From Candidatus Limnocylindrales bacterium (GTDB lineage: Bacteria; Moduliflexota; Moduliflexia; Moduliflexales; JAUQPW01), in contig DATMBG010000012.1 of assembly GCA_035559535.1 (NCBI GenBank), forward strand, positions 1 through 64,000: a DNA stretch of 64,000 nucleotides, written 5' to 3'. Numbering within the stretch: position 1 is the stretch's first letter; every line of letters starts with the position of its first letter. Of the stretch, positions 41,169 to 50,072 are shown piece by piece. A model generated the notes under the pieces. That model was not told where the DNA came from, made no database searches, and saw nothing but the letters and a program-made list of their open reading frames with translations. The translations under genes were made by a program, and so were the position numbers.

Positions 41169-41381
41169 ATGGCAAAATTCATGAAAATTATGATAGAAAT
41201 AGATACTGGAAAAGTTACTGTAACAGATGAAAATGATGTTCCTGCTAAAACAGGAGACAGTCCTGATAAAAGAGGAGGGATCACCCGGGAGGAAACCTGG
41301 AGGGTGGTTCATACTCAGTCCAGTCCGGGATGCCAATGGGTTCTTACCGGTGCAGGTTGGCAATTTGTTTGCAGCCCCTAG
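41169..41381 (+). CDS. 70-aa small protein with C-terminal SPGC-x12-C motif
   Basis: Strong SD AGGAGG 6 nt before ATG; co-directional, 116 nt after the receptor gene. Confidence 0.75.
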   Translation: MAKFMKIMIEIDTGKVTVTDENDVPAKTGDSPDKRGGITREETWRVVHTQSSPGCQWVLTGAGWQFVCSP

Positions 41382-41401
41382 CTTCGAGGGAAGAATACAC
41401 T

Positions 41402-41499
41402 CCTCCAGAGAGCCGGACTCATGTCCCCTCGATTGTTTTGCTTAAGGAAATTTTTTGTTTCATTTAAGGACGAGAGTGGCCTGCAGTTCGGCTCTGAGG
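41402..41499 (+). other. Long imperfect stem-loop directly after the peptide gene
   Basis: CCTC..AGAGCCGGACT / AGTTCGGCTCTGAGG, inner CTCG/CGAG and CTTAA/TTAAG. Confidence 0.5.
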
Positions 41500-41717
41500 A
41501 TTTACAAGGAAAGGGGCGAGAAGGTTCAGGTCCTTTAATAACTTGAACTCGCATCAACGGCCCTTAAGGGATAGGGAGTGTTTCTTCTTTCCGCTACTAA
41601 GTTGATATGGATTTCATTGAGGTTGAAGTCTGGGAACAAGAAGAAAGATTCTCTATTCTTACACGGAATAAGAAATTTTCCGTTGACTCCAAACCCCCCT
41701 GATAGGATCTTAAAGAT

Positions 41718-41902
41718 AAAGCTGAGACATTTCCTCTTTGTTAACCTGAACCCTGCAGGTTATGGGGAACTGAAAAGAGCCTTTAAATCCGACCGGATCG
41801 TTCGTGGGGTTGAAAAACGATGCCCCTGGATGAAACCAGAAAACCTTTAAGGATCAAAAGGGTTGAAGGGTATCTGCGGGATGAGCTTCGGAATGTGGCT
41901 TA
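41718..41902 (+). ncRNA. Candidate 6S RNA
   Basis: About 185-nt rod: closing AAGC-TGAG-ACATTTCC/GGAATGT-GGCTT and CCTGCAGGT/ATCTGCGGG, central bubble of about 19 nt per side, apical ATCCG/TGGAT and ATCGTT/AACGAT; TTGACT upstream. Confidence 0.5.
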
Positions 41903-41951
41903 CATAAACGGGAGGAAAGCAGGGATCTGGAGAAGAAAATCCAAGTAAAAT

Positions 41952-44210
41952 ATGGGAAAATATCAGGATACGATTTTGCAGACGGGAGAAACGTGTAGTC
42001 GAATTGCTTATGCCGAGACTTCAGGGATTTTAGTGGATGGAGAGCAGTATTATACCGCCCTGGATCGGGTTTTTGATAGTGCCGAATCTTATATCCTTCT
42101 TTCGATGTGGCAGTTTGATACGAGAACGAGGTTACTTCGGGCTAAAGAAGAAACCCCCACATTCCTGGAGCGACTGGTCCAGCTCCTGGATGAGCGTAAA
42201 AATCTGGAAGTTTATATCCTTGCCTGGGATTATTCGGTTTTATTTCAATTTGAAAGGGAATGGTTTTCTCAATTAAAGGTAGAACTTGCGGGGCATCCGC
42301 GTCTTCATTTCCAGTTCGATGATGTACATCCCATCTGGGGTTCCCACCATCATAAAATGACCGTAGTAGACGGGCGTATAGCCTTTGTGGGCGGACTGGA
42401 TGTGTGTGAAGATCGATGGGATACCCGGGCTCATCAATATCTAGACCCCCGCCGGAGGAATTACGATGGAACGCTTTACAGACCCTTCCATGACGCGGTA
42501 GCTTTTGTTACCGGTCGTGCAGCCCGAGCCGTTGAACGTGAGTTCTGCTATCACTGGAAATGGGCTACAGGTCAAAAACTCTGGCTTACACGTCCTGGGA
42601 ATGGAAAACCTCTACCCGATTTCCAAACGGTTAGCCAGATCCCAGGAACTCAGGTAGGAATTGCCCGAACCTTACCTCCCATGCTTTTCCCTCCCCAAAC
42701 GGCTCGACGAGATATTCAACATCTTTACCAAAAGGCTATCCTTTCTGCAAAACGCTCTATTTACATCGAGAATCAATACTTTACCTCTCGAGCCGTATTG
42801 AAAGCCCTCCAGGAGCGGCTTGCTCAGGTAAATAGCCCTGAGGATCCGTTGGAAATTGTGGTAGTATTACCCAAACTTCCTTCCGGTCTGGTGGAAATCC
42901 TGGCGATTCTCAATAACCAGCTATCCTGTTTGAGAAACCTGGCAGAAGCCTGCCGGAAAGCAGGGGTACGGTATGGTTTCTTCTATCCGATTACTGTAAG
43001 CCCGGAGGGTTCAGAACAGTTTATTTATACCCACGCTAAAATATTGGCCGTGGATGATACTTTACTGACCGTAGGATCTGCCAATACGAGCAATCGAAGT
43101 ATGGAGTACGATACCGAATGTAATCTGGTCTGGGAAGCCCACGAAAACTTTGGGGATGAAAAAAATATCCGTCGGTTCATCAGGCAAACCCGGGACGAAC
43201 TCCTGGCCGAACACTGCGGGGTTTCCGTGGAGGTGTGGCGTGAAAAACTTCATCAGCACCAGGGACGACTCCTAGATACCCTGGAGAGTTTGAAAAACCA
43301 GGGAGTAGAAAAAAAGCTGATTCCCTTCCATGAAGAGGACATCCGGGGTTCCCATAACGCCCCTCTGGAGATTCTCCCTGAAAACTTTGCCGTAGATCCT
43401 TCAGATCCTTTCTGGATTAACCCGGAAATGATGGAAGATTTAAAGGAAACCTGGGAGATCCTTCAAGGGAGCTCGGCAACCTCTCCTGACTCCGAAAAGG
43501 TAGAAAAGCCTGAGGAATCCCCTGAAGCAGAATTTAGCCGAATCAGTATTTTACGAATCCTGGGTTTAATAGGGGGTTTAATGACCCTGGTTCTCCTGGT
43601 TCGCTCCTTCTTGCCGGAAGAATTGACCATCCATAACCTTCTTGTATTCCTAAACAATTTACGTCAACAAGAAAATGCGCCCTGGTTACTGGCAGGTCTC
43701 TTCCTCTTGGCCACCCAGGCCTTTGTCAGTGTGACGGTGATGGTTATCGTTACCGCTTTGATTTTAGGGGTTGAAAAAGGTCTTGTCGTAAATGCCGGAG
43801 GAATCATCGTATCCGCTTTACTGGGATATTTCTTGGGAAGATTGGTGGGACCTAAAAGTTTAAAACAGCTATTACCTGGATGGGTTTCTCGACATATTGA
43901 TCGGGTTTCTAAACTCGGCCCCTGGTCGGTAGCTTTCTTCCGAACCGTACCCCTTCTGCCTTATCAAATATTTAACTTGATAGCCGGCGCCGCAGGATTA
44001 CGTCTGAGGTCTTATATGCTGGGAACCCTGATGGGGGACCTTCCCGCTACCCTTTTAATCACCTGGTCCGTAGGAAATCTCCAAACTGCAAATTGGCAGG
44101 AGGGTATCCCCTGGCAGACCCTGTTAGTGGCTATAGGAGTTACAGGAATTTTAACCCTCTCAGGTTATGTTCTATCTCGAAGATTGAAACGATATGCTTC
44201 TCTGGATTAA
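41952..44210 (+). CDS. Phospholipase D with C-terminal VTT/DedA (SNARE-associated) membrane domain
   Basis: Two HKD motifs (HHKMTVVD, HAKILAVD..GSAN); TM domain with FRTVPLLP. Confidence 0.9.
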   Translation: MGKYQDTILQTGETCSRIAYAETSGILVDGEQYYTALDRVFDSAESYILLSMWQFDTRTRLLRAKEETPTFLERLVQLLDERKNLEVYILAWDYSVLFQFEREWFSQLKVELAGHPRLHFQFDDVHPIWGSHHHKMTVVDGRIAFVGGLDVCEDRWDTRAHQYLDPRRRNYDGTLYRPFHDAVAFVTGRAARAVEREFCYHWKWATGQKLWLTRPGNGKPLPDFQTVSQIPGTQVGIARTLPPMLFPPQTARRDIQHLYQKAILSAKRSIYIENQYFTSRAVLKALQERLAQVNSPEDPLEIVVVLPKLPSGLVEILAILNNQLSCLRNLAEACRKAGVRYGFFYPITVSPEGSEQFIYTHAKILAVDDTLLTVGSANTSNRSMEYDTECNLVWEAHENFGDEKNIRRFIRQTRDELLAEHCGVSVEVWREKLHQHQGRLLDTLESLKNQGVEKKLIPFHEEDIRGSHNAPLEILPENFAVDPSDPFWINPEMMEDLKETWEILQGSSATSPDSEKVEKPEESPEAEFSRISILRILGLIGGLMTLVLLVRSFLPEELTIHNLLVFLNNLRQQENAPWLLAGLFLLATQAFVSVTVMVIVTALILGVEKGLVVNAGGIIVSALLGYFLGRLVGPKSLKQLLPGWVSRHIDRVSKLGPWSVAFFRTVPLLPYQIFNLIAGAAGLRLRSYMLGTLMGDLPATLLITWSVGNLQTANWQEGIPWQTLLVAIGVTGILTLSGYVLSRRLKRYASLD

Positions 44211-44271
44211 TTTTCTATCCTTTGTCCTCCACGTTTTACTTCACTTTTAAGCGGCCCTTACCCTCGGCTCC

Positions 44272-44501
44272 CATACGCACCAGGATAAGAAGGTTAGCCC
44301 CGGCGGGGTGACCTGTTCACAGGCCGCTCCTCAATCCCTCTTGCCTCCTTCCCCCGTGTACGGGGAGAATTTCCCCGCATGGGGGGGGAAGGGGGGATAA
44401 TAGAGGAAAGGGAGGCTTCCTTGGGAGCTTGAAAAAAATTCTGAATGACTGAAACCCTGTTCGCCCCTGACAAGGTTTTTCAGCTTAACCTGGCACGTAT
44501 G
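44272..44501. mobile_element. MITE-like element (same TIR family), with further fragments out to about 44645
   Basis: CATACGCACCAGGATAAG ... CTTAACCTGGCACGTATG; internal sequence shared with 54564-54700. Confidence 0.7.
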
Positions 44502-44891
44502 CCCCCGGCTCCTCTCCCACGCCAGGATTAACCTTCTTATCCCGACGCCTATAGGGAACACCTCCTAGTCCCCCCTCGAGGGGGCATGGGGGGCGTTTAG
44601 GTCGAAAATAAGGCTTTCCCCTTTCTTAGTTCCATGGGTACGGGATTGGGCCTGCTTTATACTCCATTTCACTACCGGCCTGATATAAGTCCCCGGTATG
44701 GAGCAGAAGCTGGGAACGAGAAAAATCTGGTCAAATAATTGCATAGCTTGTTGTCCAGATGTATTTTTATAATTAAGAGTCTGTTAAAGAATTTTTAGGA
44801 GGTACCTTCCCGGAGAGACTCTTAAAGCCTATAGCCGGAGAGTTCTCATCTGTTTTCGCATCAACTCGAAGAACATCGGAGATAGAACCTT

Positions 44892-45230
44892 ATGGAAGAA
44901 ATCCGAACGGTAACCCAATTGTCTGAGGTGGAAAAGTCGATTCTCATCTTACTGTATAAAAATCCATCCGGTCTTACCCTTCAACAACTCCAACAAGAGG
45001 TGGGGTGCACACGAGAGGATCTTTACAACCTGGGGAATGATACCTTTCATCTGGAAACCCGGGGAGTGGATCAATATATCAAGCTGATTTATCTTTTTGA
45101 AGATACTTCCCAAAGGCAGGAGAACAGGTGGAAATACCGACTGACCGATCCCGGAATAAAATTTATGAAGAGTGTTCGGGCCTTTGCTTCCGGGCCTTCC
45201 AGACTGCCACTTAAAAAACAGAAGTTGTAA
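44892..45230 (+). CDS. Small winged-helix-like protein
   Basis: LS.VEKSILILL...GLTLQQLQQEVG ... YRLTDPGIKF pattern. Confidence 0.6.
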   Translation: MEEIRTVTQLSEVEKSILILLYKNPSGLTLQQLQQEVGCTREDLYNLGNDTFHLETRGVDQYIKLIYLFEDTSQRQENRWKYRLTDPGIKFMKSVRAFASGPSRLPLKKQKL

Positions 45231-45321
45231 AAAATAAAAGTTTGTTAATTTTTCCCTTGAAGAAAATAAAAACAAACATATATTAATTTGTGAACCCCAA
45301 CTCATCAGAAAGTGGGTGATT

Positions 45322-45363
45322 AAGCCCCTATCCTGGGTTTCGACTCGGGTTAGGGGTTTTTTT
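45322..45363 (+). terminator. Intrinsic terminator with UUCG loop
   Basis: AAGCCCCTATCCTGGGT-TTCG-ACTCGGGTTAGGGGTTTTTTT. Confidence 0.75.
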
Positions 45364-45596
45364 ATGCCTTTCCGGGGATGTGTATAAAATTTACTTGAAT
45401 GCCAATTTATGTTTGACGTTCAAAGAAAATGTAGCTATTTTATTCCTGATTTGTAAGAATTTATCCTTTATAACCTTTTTCTATCTAAGCATTCTCCTAT
45501 CCCTTTCCAAGGGAGATTAAAGCGGCCTTACTTTCCCCTAAATCCCTCCTTGCGGAAGGGAGAAGGAGGTTTCTTCTTAAGGAGGATCCGTCGATC

Positions 45597-46271
45597 ATGA
45601 AAACCAAAATTTTAATTTCGTTTTTACCCATTCTTTTAAGTTTTACTTTCTGGAATCCCCTGGAGCTTTCATCCCGTGAAATTCAACCCCTCAATCGCCA
45701 GGGCTCTCCGGTGGGATTTTATCAGGGAACTCTTAGCAATTTACAGGAAGCGCAGAGAAGTTTTGAAAATAATAATATCGTAGAAGCAACCCTGCGTCTG
45801 GTCCGCGCACGCGAGAACTTGAATAGGCTTCAAAGACAGCTCCAGGAAGCCCAGGATAAGGTGAACGATGCCCTTCAGTTTCTTAATCAGGCAAAACCAG
45901 ATCAGGCCAGGGCTTCGATTACCCTTGCCCTGGATGCCCTGGATCCCAACAAGCAAATCCTGGAATCCAGGCCGGCAATTACTCAACGGGATAGGAGAGA
46001 GAATTTGAAAATGGTAAAAGAGGATTTGCTTCAAGCCCGGGACCGTTTCCGAACCGGAGATATAGCCGGGGCTATTCAAAGTATTCGAACCGCTCAGGAT
46101 ACTCTGGATATTCTACAACAGCAATATCCAGAGTATGGAAATGAAATCCAACAAGCCCAATCTCGACTCAATGAGGCCGTTTACTTTCTCAATCAAAATA
46201 AACCCAGAGAAGCCGCCAACGCTGTAAAAGGTGTGGTCGATATTTTAGAGCCTCTTCGAGAAGGATCGTAA
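45597..46271 (+). CDS. Exported all-helical protein with internal duplication
   Basis: SD AAGGAGG; signal peptide; two similar helical repeats. Confidence 0.75.
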   Translation: MKTKILISFLPILLSFTFWNPLELSSREIQPLNRQGSPVGFYQGTLSNLQEAQRSFENNNIVEATLRLVRARENLNRLQRQLQEAQDKVNDALQFLNQAKPDQARASITLALDALDPNKQILESRPAITQRDRRENLKMVKEDLLQARDRFRTGDIAGAIQSIRTAQDTLDILQQQYPEYGNEIQQAQSRLNEAVYFLNQNKPREAANAVKGVVDILEPLREGS

Positions 46272-46347
46272 AGATAGGGGACCGCGGGTTCAAGACCCAC
46301 AGCCTGTGGGGTTAACAAACAAAAATTAAATTTTTAACTTAAAACAC

Positions 46348-46377
46348 TTGACAGAGTTCTCTCACTTCCTATAGAGT
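46348..46377 (+). promoter_or_regulatory. Sigma70-type promoter for the two unknown genes
   Basis: TTGACA-N18-TAGAGT. Confidence 0.55.
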
Positions 46378-46434
46378 AGAGAATCCAGAGAAGGGGTAGC
46401 TTATAGATTAATTCTTGCCAGGGGAGGTTTTCTT

Positions 46435-46749
46435 ATGGAGAGAAGTAGAAGGAAAATTTTTTCTTCGAGAGGAGAAGGTTTAAACCGGAAACAAATGTCG
46501 GAACTTGTGGAGGTTATTACCTCTCTAAAGGAGGAATCTTCAGAAAGTTTAAAACGACTTCCCACCGGTTTTAAAGAGACCACCGCCCGATCAACCCTCC
46601 TGAATCCAATGACAAAAGCCAGAGGGTATAAGTTTTATCTTTTCAATTTAATGAGTAATGCCTTTTTAGCCTACATTCATTTGCTATCGGGCAAACTGCA
46701 GAATTTAAATACAAAAGCCGATGAGGCTTTGAAAATTATAAAATCTTAA
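46435..46749 (+). CDS. Hypothetical helical protein (104 aa)
   Basis: SD GGGGAGG; basic N-terminus; first gene of a two-gene unit. Confidence 0.7.
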   Translation: MERSRRKIFSSRGEGLNRKQMSELVEVITSLKEESSESLKRLPTGFKETTARSTLLNPMTKARGYKFYLFNLMSNAFLAYIHLLSGKLQNLNTKADEALKIIKS

Positions 46750-46767
46750 CGGGTAAGGAGAGTCGGT

Positions 46768-47103
46768 ATGATGCGAGAGATTCTTGAGGGGTTGAAAAAC
46801 TTGGCGAACATCAATAAATCCGTCGAAGAGTTAGAGAAGAAAATGGATCGCATGATAGACGGGATGGAGAACATTCGAAATAATATAGGGCATGTAGATC
46901 GGCGTGTGGTTCGGCTTGAAGAAGCTCGGAACTCGATCCAAGCCGATGTGAAATCTTCTCTCATGGAAGAGCTTACGCACATGATGATCGGCATGAATGA
47001 TAAAATAAATAACCTCGAAGATAAATATAATGACTTAAAAAAGGAAGTTGAGCGTGTTTCCCGAAGTCGTAAGAAAAAACGAAGGAATCCACTTGGCCTA
47101 TAG
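46768..47103 (+). CDS. Hypothetical coiled-coil protein with basic C-terminal tail (111 aa)
   Basis: SD AAGGAG; heptad pattern; RSRKKKRR tail. Confidence 0.75.
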   Translation: MMREILEGLKNLANINKSVEELEKKMDRMIDGMENIRNNIGHVDRRVVRLEEARNSIQADVKSSLMEELTHMMIGMNDKINNLEDKYNDLKKEVERVSRSRKKKRRNPLGL

Positions 47104-47116
47104 AGACCCGGGTTTT

Positions 47117-47277
47117 GGGACGTAGGGGCTTAGGGACGCGGGGACGCAGGGACACGGGGACGCGAGGATGCAGGGACTGGGAAAAACAAACTGGGAAAAA
47201 CAGAATTTAAGGAGGCAAGAACATAAGGAATTCTGTCTCCGCGTCTCCGTGTCCCCGTGTCCCTGCATCCCCGCGTC
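47117..47277. repeat. Octamer tandem repeats (GGGACGCG-like) with inverted counterpart, between convergent genes
   Basis: GGGACGCGGGGACGCAGGGACACGGGGACGCG ... CCGCGTCTCCGTGTCCCCGTGTCCCTGCATCCCCGCGTC. Confidence 0.85.
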
Positions 47278-47283
47278 AAAAAG

Positions 47284-47874
47284 TTATTTTGATACCTCTT
47301 TTGCAAAGACATCTAACGCGGCTCGACAGGCTTCTGCATCTTGATCCCCTCGGGCTCCACTCGCTCCACATGCCCCGATGACTTCCTCACCCACTTTGAT
47401 GGGAAGTCCCCCTTCCAGGATAACGATCCCGGGGATGTTCTGGATTCCATAGGCCCGACCTCCAGGTTGGGCGATTTCTTGAAATGCTTTGGTTTCCCTT
47501 TGGAAGGCAACGGCAGTATGGGCTTTACCCATGGCAATTTGAATACTTCCTAAGAAAGCTCCATCCATACGATGGAAAGCTAAAAGATTACCGCCGTCAT
47601 CGACGATGGCAATATTTAACTTCCAGCCGTTCTCCCGCGCCTTAGCCTCCGCAGCTTCTAGCATTTTTTTAGCCAATTCCAGGGTTAAGGTTTTCCGATC
47701 CCGAAGAAGACTGCCGGTTTGACCCGTTTGGGATTGACCGGCTTGGGGTTGGCTTGCCTGGGGCTGACCGGACTGGGGTTGACCGGTTTGCTGTTGAGCA
47801 AAGGCTATAAAATCTAAAGCCGTTAAGGCTATAGTTACTATAACAAAAAGTTTCCAAAGGTTCAATTTTTGCAT
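47284..47874 (-). CDS. Exported GlcG/HbpS-family heme-binding protein with Gln-rich linker
   Basis: SD GGAGGTGA, ATG at 47874; signal peptide; IAIVDDGG.L..F.RMDGA, KAHTA, GG.PI...G..GA.GASG. Confidence 0.88.
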   Translation of the reverse strand: MQKLNLWKLFVIVTIALTALDFIAFAQQQTGQPQSGQPQASQPQAGQSQTGQTGSLLRDRKTLTLELAKKMLEAAEAKARENGWKLNIAIVDDGGNLLAFHRMDGAFLGSIQIAMGKAHTAVAFQRETKAFQEIAQPGGRAYGIQNIPGIVILEGGLPIKVGEEVIGACGASGARGDQDAEACRAALDVFAKEVSK

Positions 47875-48158
47875 AGTCACCTCCCTGGTTAGGAGGTCTT
47901 GAGAGGTCTCATCGCGAAACGGACCCCTCAAGACCTGAAAATGCCTGTTTCTGATAGCCCGTTTAAGGAAGACCTAAAACCGACTTGATTAAGCAGAACT
48001 TTAGCCTGCTAAGATAATATTTCATGACCTTTTGATCCCTTCGTCAAGGATTAACGCTAAAAAAATCTTAACTCTTCAGGCTCTTGCCCTTCTCCCCCAG
48101 CATGGAGAGGGACCAGGGGTGCGGGGAAGGGGAAGAAGGCAAAACGTTACAAAAAATC

Positions 48159-49097
48159 TTAAATGGGTACCGGGACACTTTCCAAAACCTCTTGGATGGC
48201 GGATTCCGCATCTTCATAGGTTCCCATCGAGCCTAGTTCAGTATTCAGGACCACCCGGTGGGCCAGTACAGGGACGGCTAAATTCTTAATATCATCCGGG
48301 ATACAGTAATCCCGCCCTTCCATAAGCGCCAGGGCTTTTGCGGCTTTACAAAGAATCAATCCTCCCCGAGGACTGGCCCCGAGCTTGAAAACTTTGGATT
48401 TGCGGGTCATTCCCAAGATGGCCAGGACATAGTCCAATAAACTATCCTCCATTTTAACCTGATCTACCCGTTTCTGCAATTCGAGGATTTCTTCGGCGGT
48501 CAAAACCGGTTTTAAATCTTCCACAGCAGTATGTAACCGCTGATTTTGAAGGATCTTCTTTTCATCGGCCTCCGACGGGTACCCAATTCGAATGCGCATC
48601 ATAAAGCGATCCAATTGAGACTCCGGAAGTGGATACGTTCCATGATGTTCGATGGGATTCTGGGTTGCCACCACCATAAAAGGTTGAGGAAGGGGATAAC
48701 TGATATTATCTACCGAGACCTGGGCATCGCTCATGGCTTCCAGTAAGCAGCTCTGGGTCTTTGGAGTCGTTCGGTTGATCTCGTCGGCCAGGATCACATG
48801 GGCAAAAATAGGCCCTTTTTTAAATTCAAATTCTCCCTTCTGTTGATTATAAATGGACACTCCAATGATATCCGAAGGAAGTAAATCACTGGTAAACTGG
48901 ATACGATGAAACGTACAGTGGATAGACCTGGCCAGAGCATGGGCTAAGGTAGTTTTCCCAATCCCTGGTACATCCTCAATGAGAAGGTGGCCTCTGGCAA
49001 GAAGGGTCGTCAGGGCCAGCCTGATTACCTGAGCCTTCCCGATAACGGCCCTCTCAATATTATCTTGAAGTTTTTTGAGCCTGGCTTGAAGTTCCAT
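48159..49097 (-). CDS. moxR: MoxR-family AAA+ ATPase
   Basis: EDVPGIGKT, RIQFTSDLLPSD, DEINR, ATQNP, GTYPLPESQLDRF. Confidence 0.93.
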   Translation of the reverse strand: MELQARLKKLQDNIERAVIGKAQVIRLALTTLLARGHLLIEDVPGIGKTTLAHALARSIHCTFHRIQFTSDLLPSDIIGVSIYNQQKGEFEFKKGPIFAHVILADEINRTTPKTQSCLLEAMSDAQVSVDNISYPLPQPFMVVATQNPIEHHGTYPLPESQLDRFMMRIRIGYPSEADEKKILQNQRLHTAVEDLKPVLTAEEILELQKRVDQVKMEDSLLDYVLAILGMTRKSKVFKLGASPRGGLILCKAAKALALMEGRDYCIPDDIKNLAVPVLAHRVVLNTELGSMGTYEDAESAIQEVLESVPVPI

Positions 49098-49280
49098 CCC
49101 TTCTATGCTATAGCCCCTGTTTTGAAATGTCAAGCCTGTACCTGAGGATATAAACCTTGACAGAAAGCTGGTACCTAAGTACCCTATAAAGTAGATACCT
49201 GTAGTTTATCTGTGGCCTGTTGTTTGCATAACTACCTGGGAAGAGGTAGCTTACAAGGGGACCCGGATAACAGACCGAGC

Positions 49281-50072
49281 ATGAAAAATCTGGTTTCATC
49301 CATCGGGAGTTCCATCATAGAATTTAGTAATTATGTAGGACGGCTTTTGTTTTTCTTAGCCGATACGTTTAGATGGACTTTTGTACCTCCTTTTCTTATT
49401 CGAGAAACCATTAAACAAATTTATCTTATTGGAGTCAAATCTATTAGTTTAACTTCCATATCGGCCCTGGCCATAGGTTTAGTTTTGGCCATGCAGACCA
49501 TCTGGATTCTGTCGAAATTTGGGGCCATCAATTACCTGGCTGCGGTCGTAGGGCTTGCCATAGTTAAGGAGTTGGGTCCTGTGGTAACGGCGCTCATGGT
49601 GGCAGGAAGGGCGGGTTCGGGAATCAGTGCTGAACTGGGTTCCATGAAGGTAACCCGACAAATCGATGCCCTCCGGGTATCCGCCGTCAATCCCACGAAA
49701 TACCTGGTAACCACACGGGTAATAGCCTGTATGATAAGTCTTCCCATTTTAACCGTGTTTGCAGATGCCTTAGGAATCCTGGGGGGTTGGTTGATCGGGG
49801 TGAGTCTCGGAGGGATTAACTCCCGACTTTACTGGGATACGACCCTTCGCTATGTTACCCTGGATACGGATTTGATTCCAGGGCTTTTTAAAACCATTTT
49901 TTTTGGGCTGATTATCGGCGTGGTAGGTTGTTTCCATGGCTTTAATACCTCGGGTGGGACCGAAGGTGTAGGTCTCTCCACCACCTCTACGGTGGTTTCT
50001 GCTTCGCTGATGATTTTAATCTCTGATGTTTTTTTGACCCGACTTTTGCAACTGTTTATTGAGGGAATTTAA
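49281..50072 (+). CDS. mlaE: MCE/Mla ABC permease
   Basis: ELGPVVTALMVAGRAGS, AELGSMKVT.QIDAL. Confidence 0.92.
   Translation: MKNLVSSIGSSIIEFSNYVGRLLFFLADTFRWTFVPPFLIRETIKQIYLIGVKSISLTSISALAIGLVLAMQTIWILSKFGAINYLAAVVGLAIVKELGPVVTALMVAGRAGSGISAELGSMKVTRQIDALRVSAVNPTKYLVTTRVIACMISLPILTVFADALGILGGWLIGVSLGGINSRLYWDTTLRYVTLDTDLIPGLFKTIFFGLIIGVVGCFHGFNTSGGTEGVGLSTTSTVVSASLMILISDVFLTRLLQLFIEGI

Noticed and set aside
41578-41850. 90-aa ORF before the PLD gene
   Set aside because: Unnatural composition, no family motif, and it overlaps the 6S-like candidate and its promoter.
44800-44890. Glycine riboswitch-like GGAGAGAC...GCCG segment
   Set aside because: Lacks GCCGAAG...CUCUCAGG and the downstream gene is unrelated to glycine.
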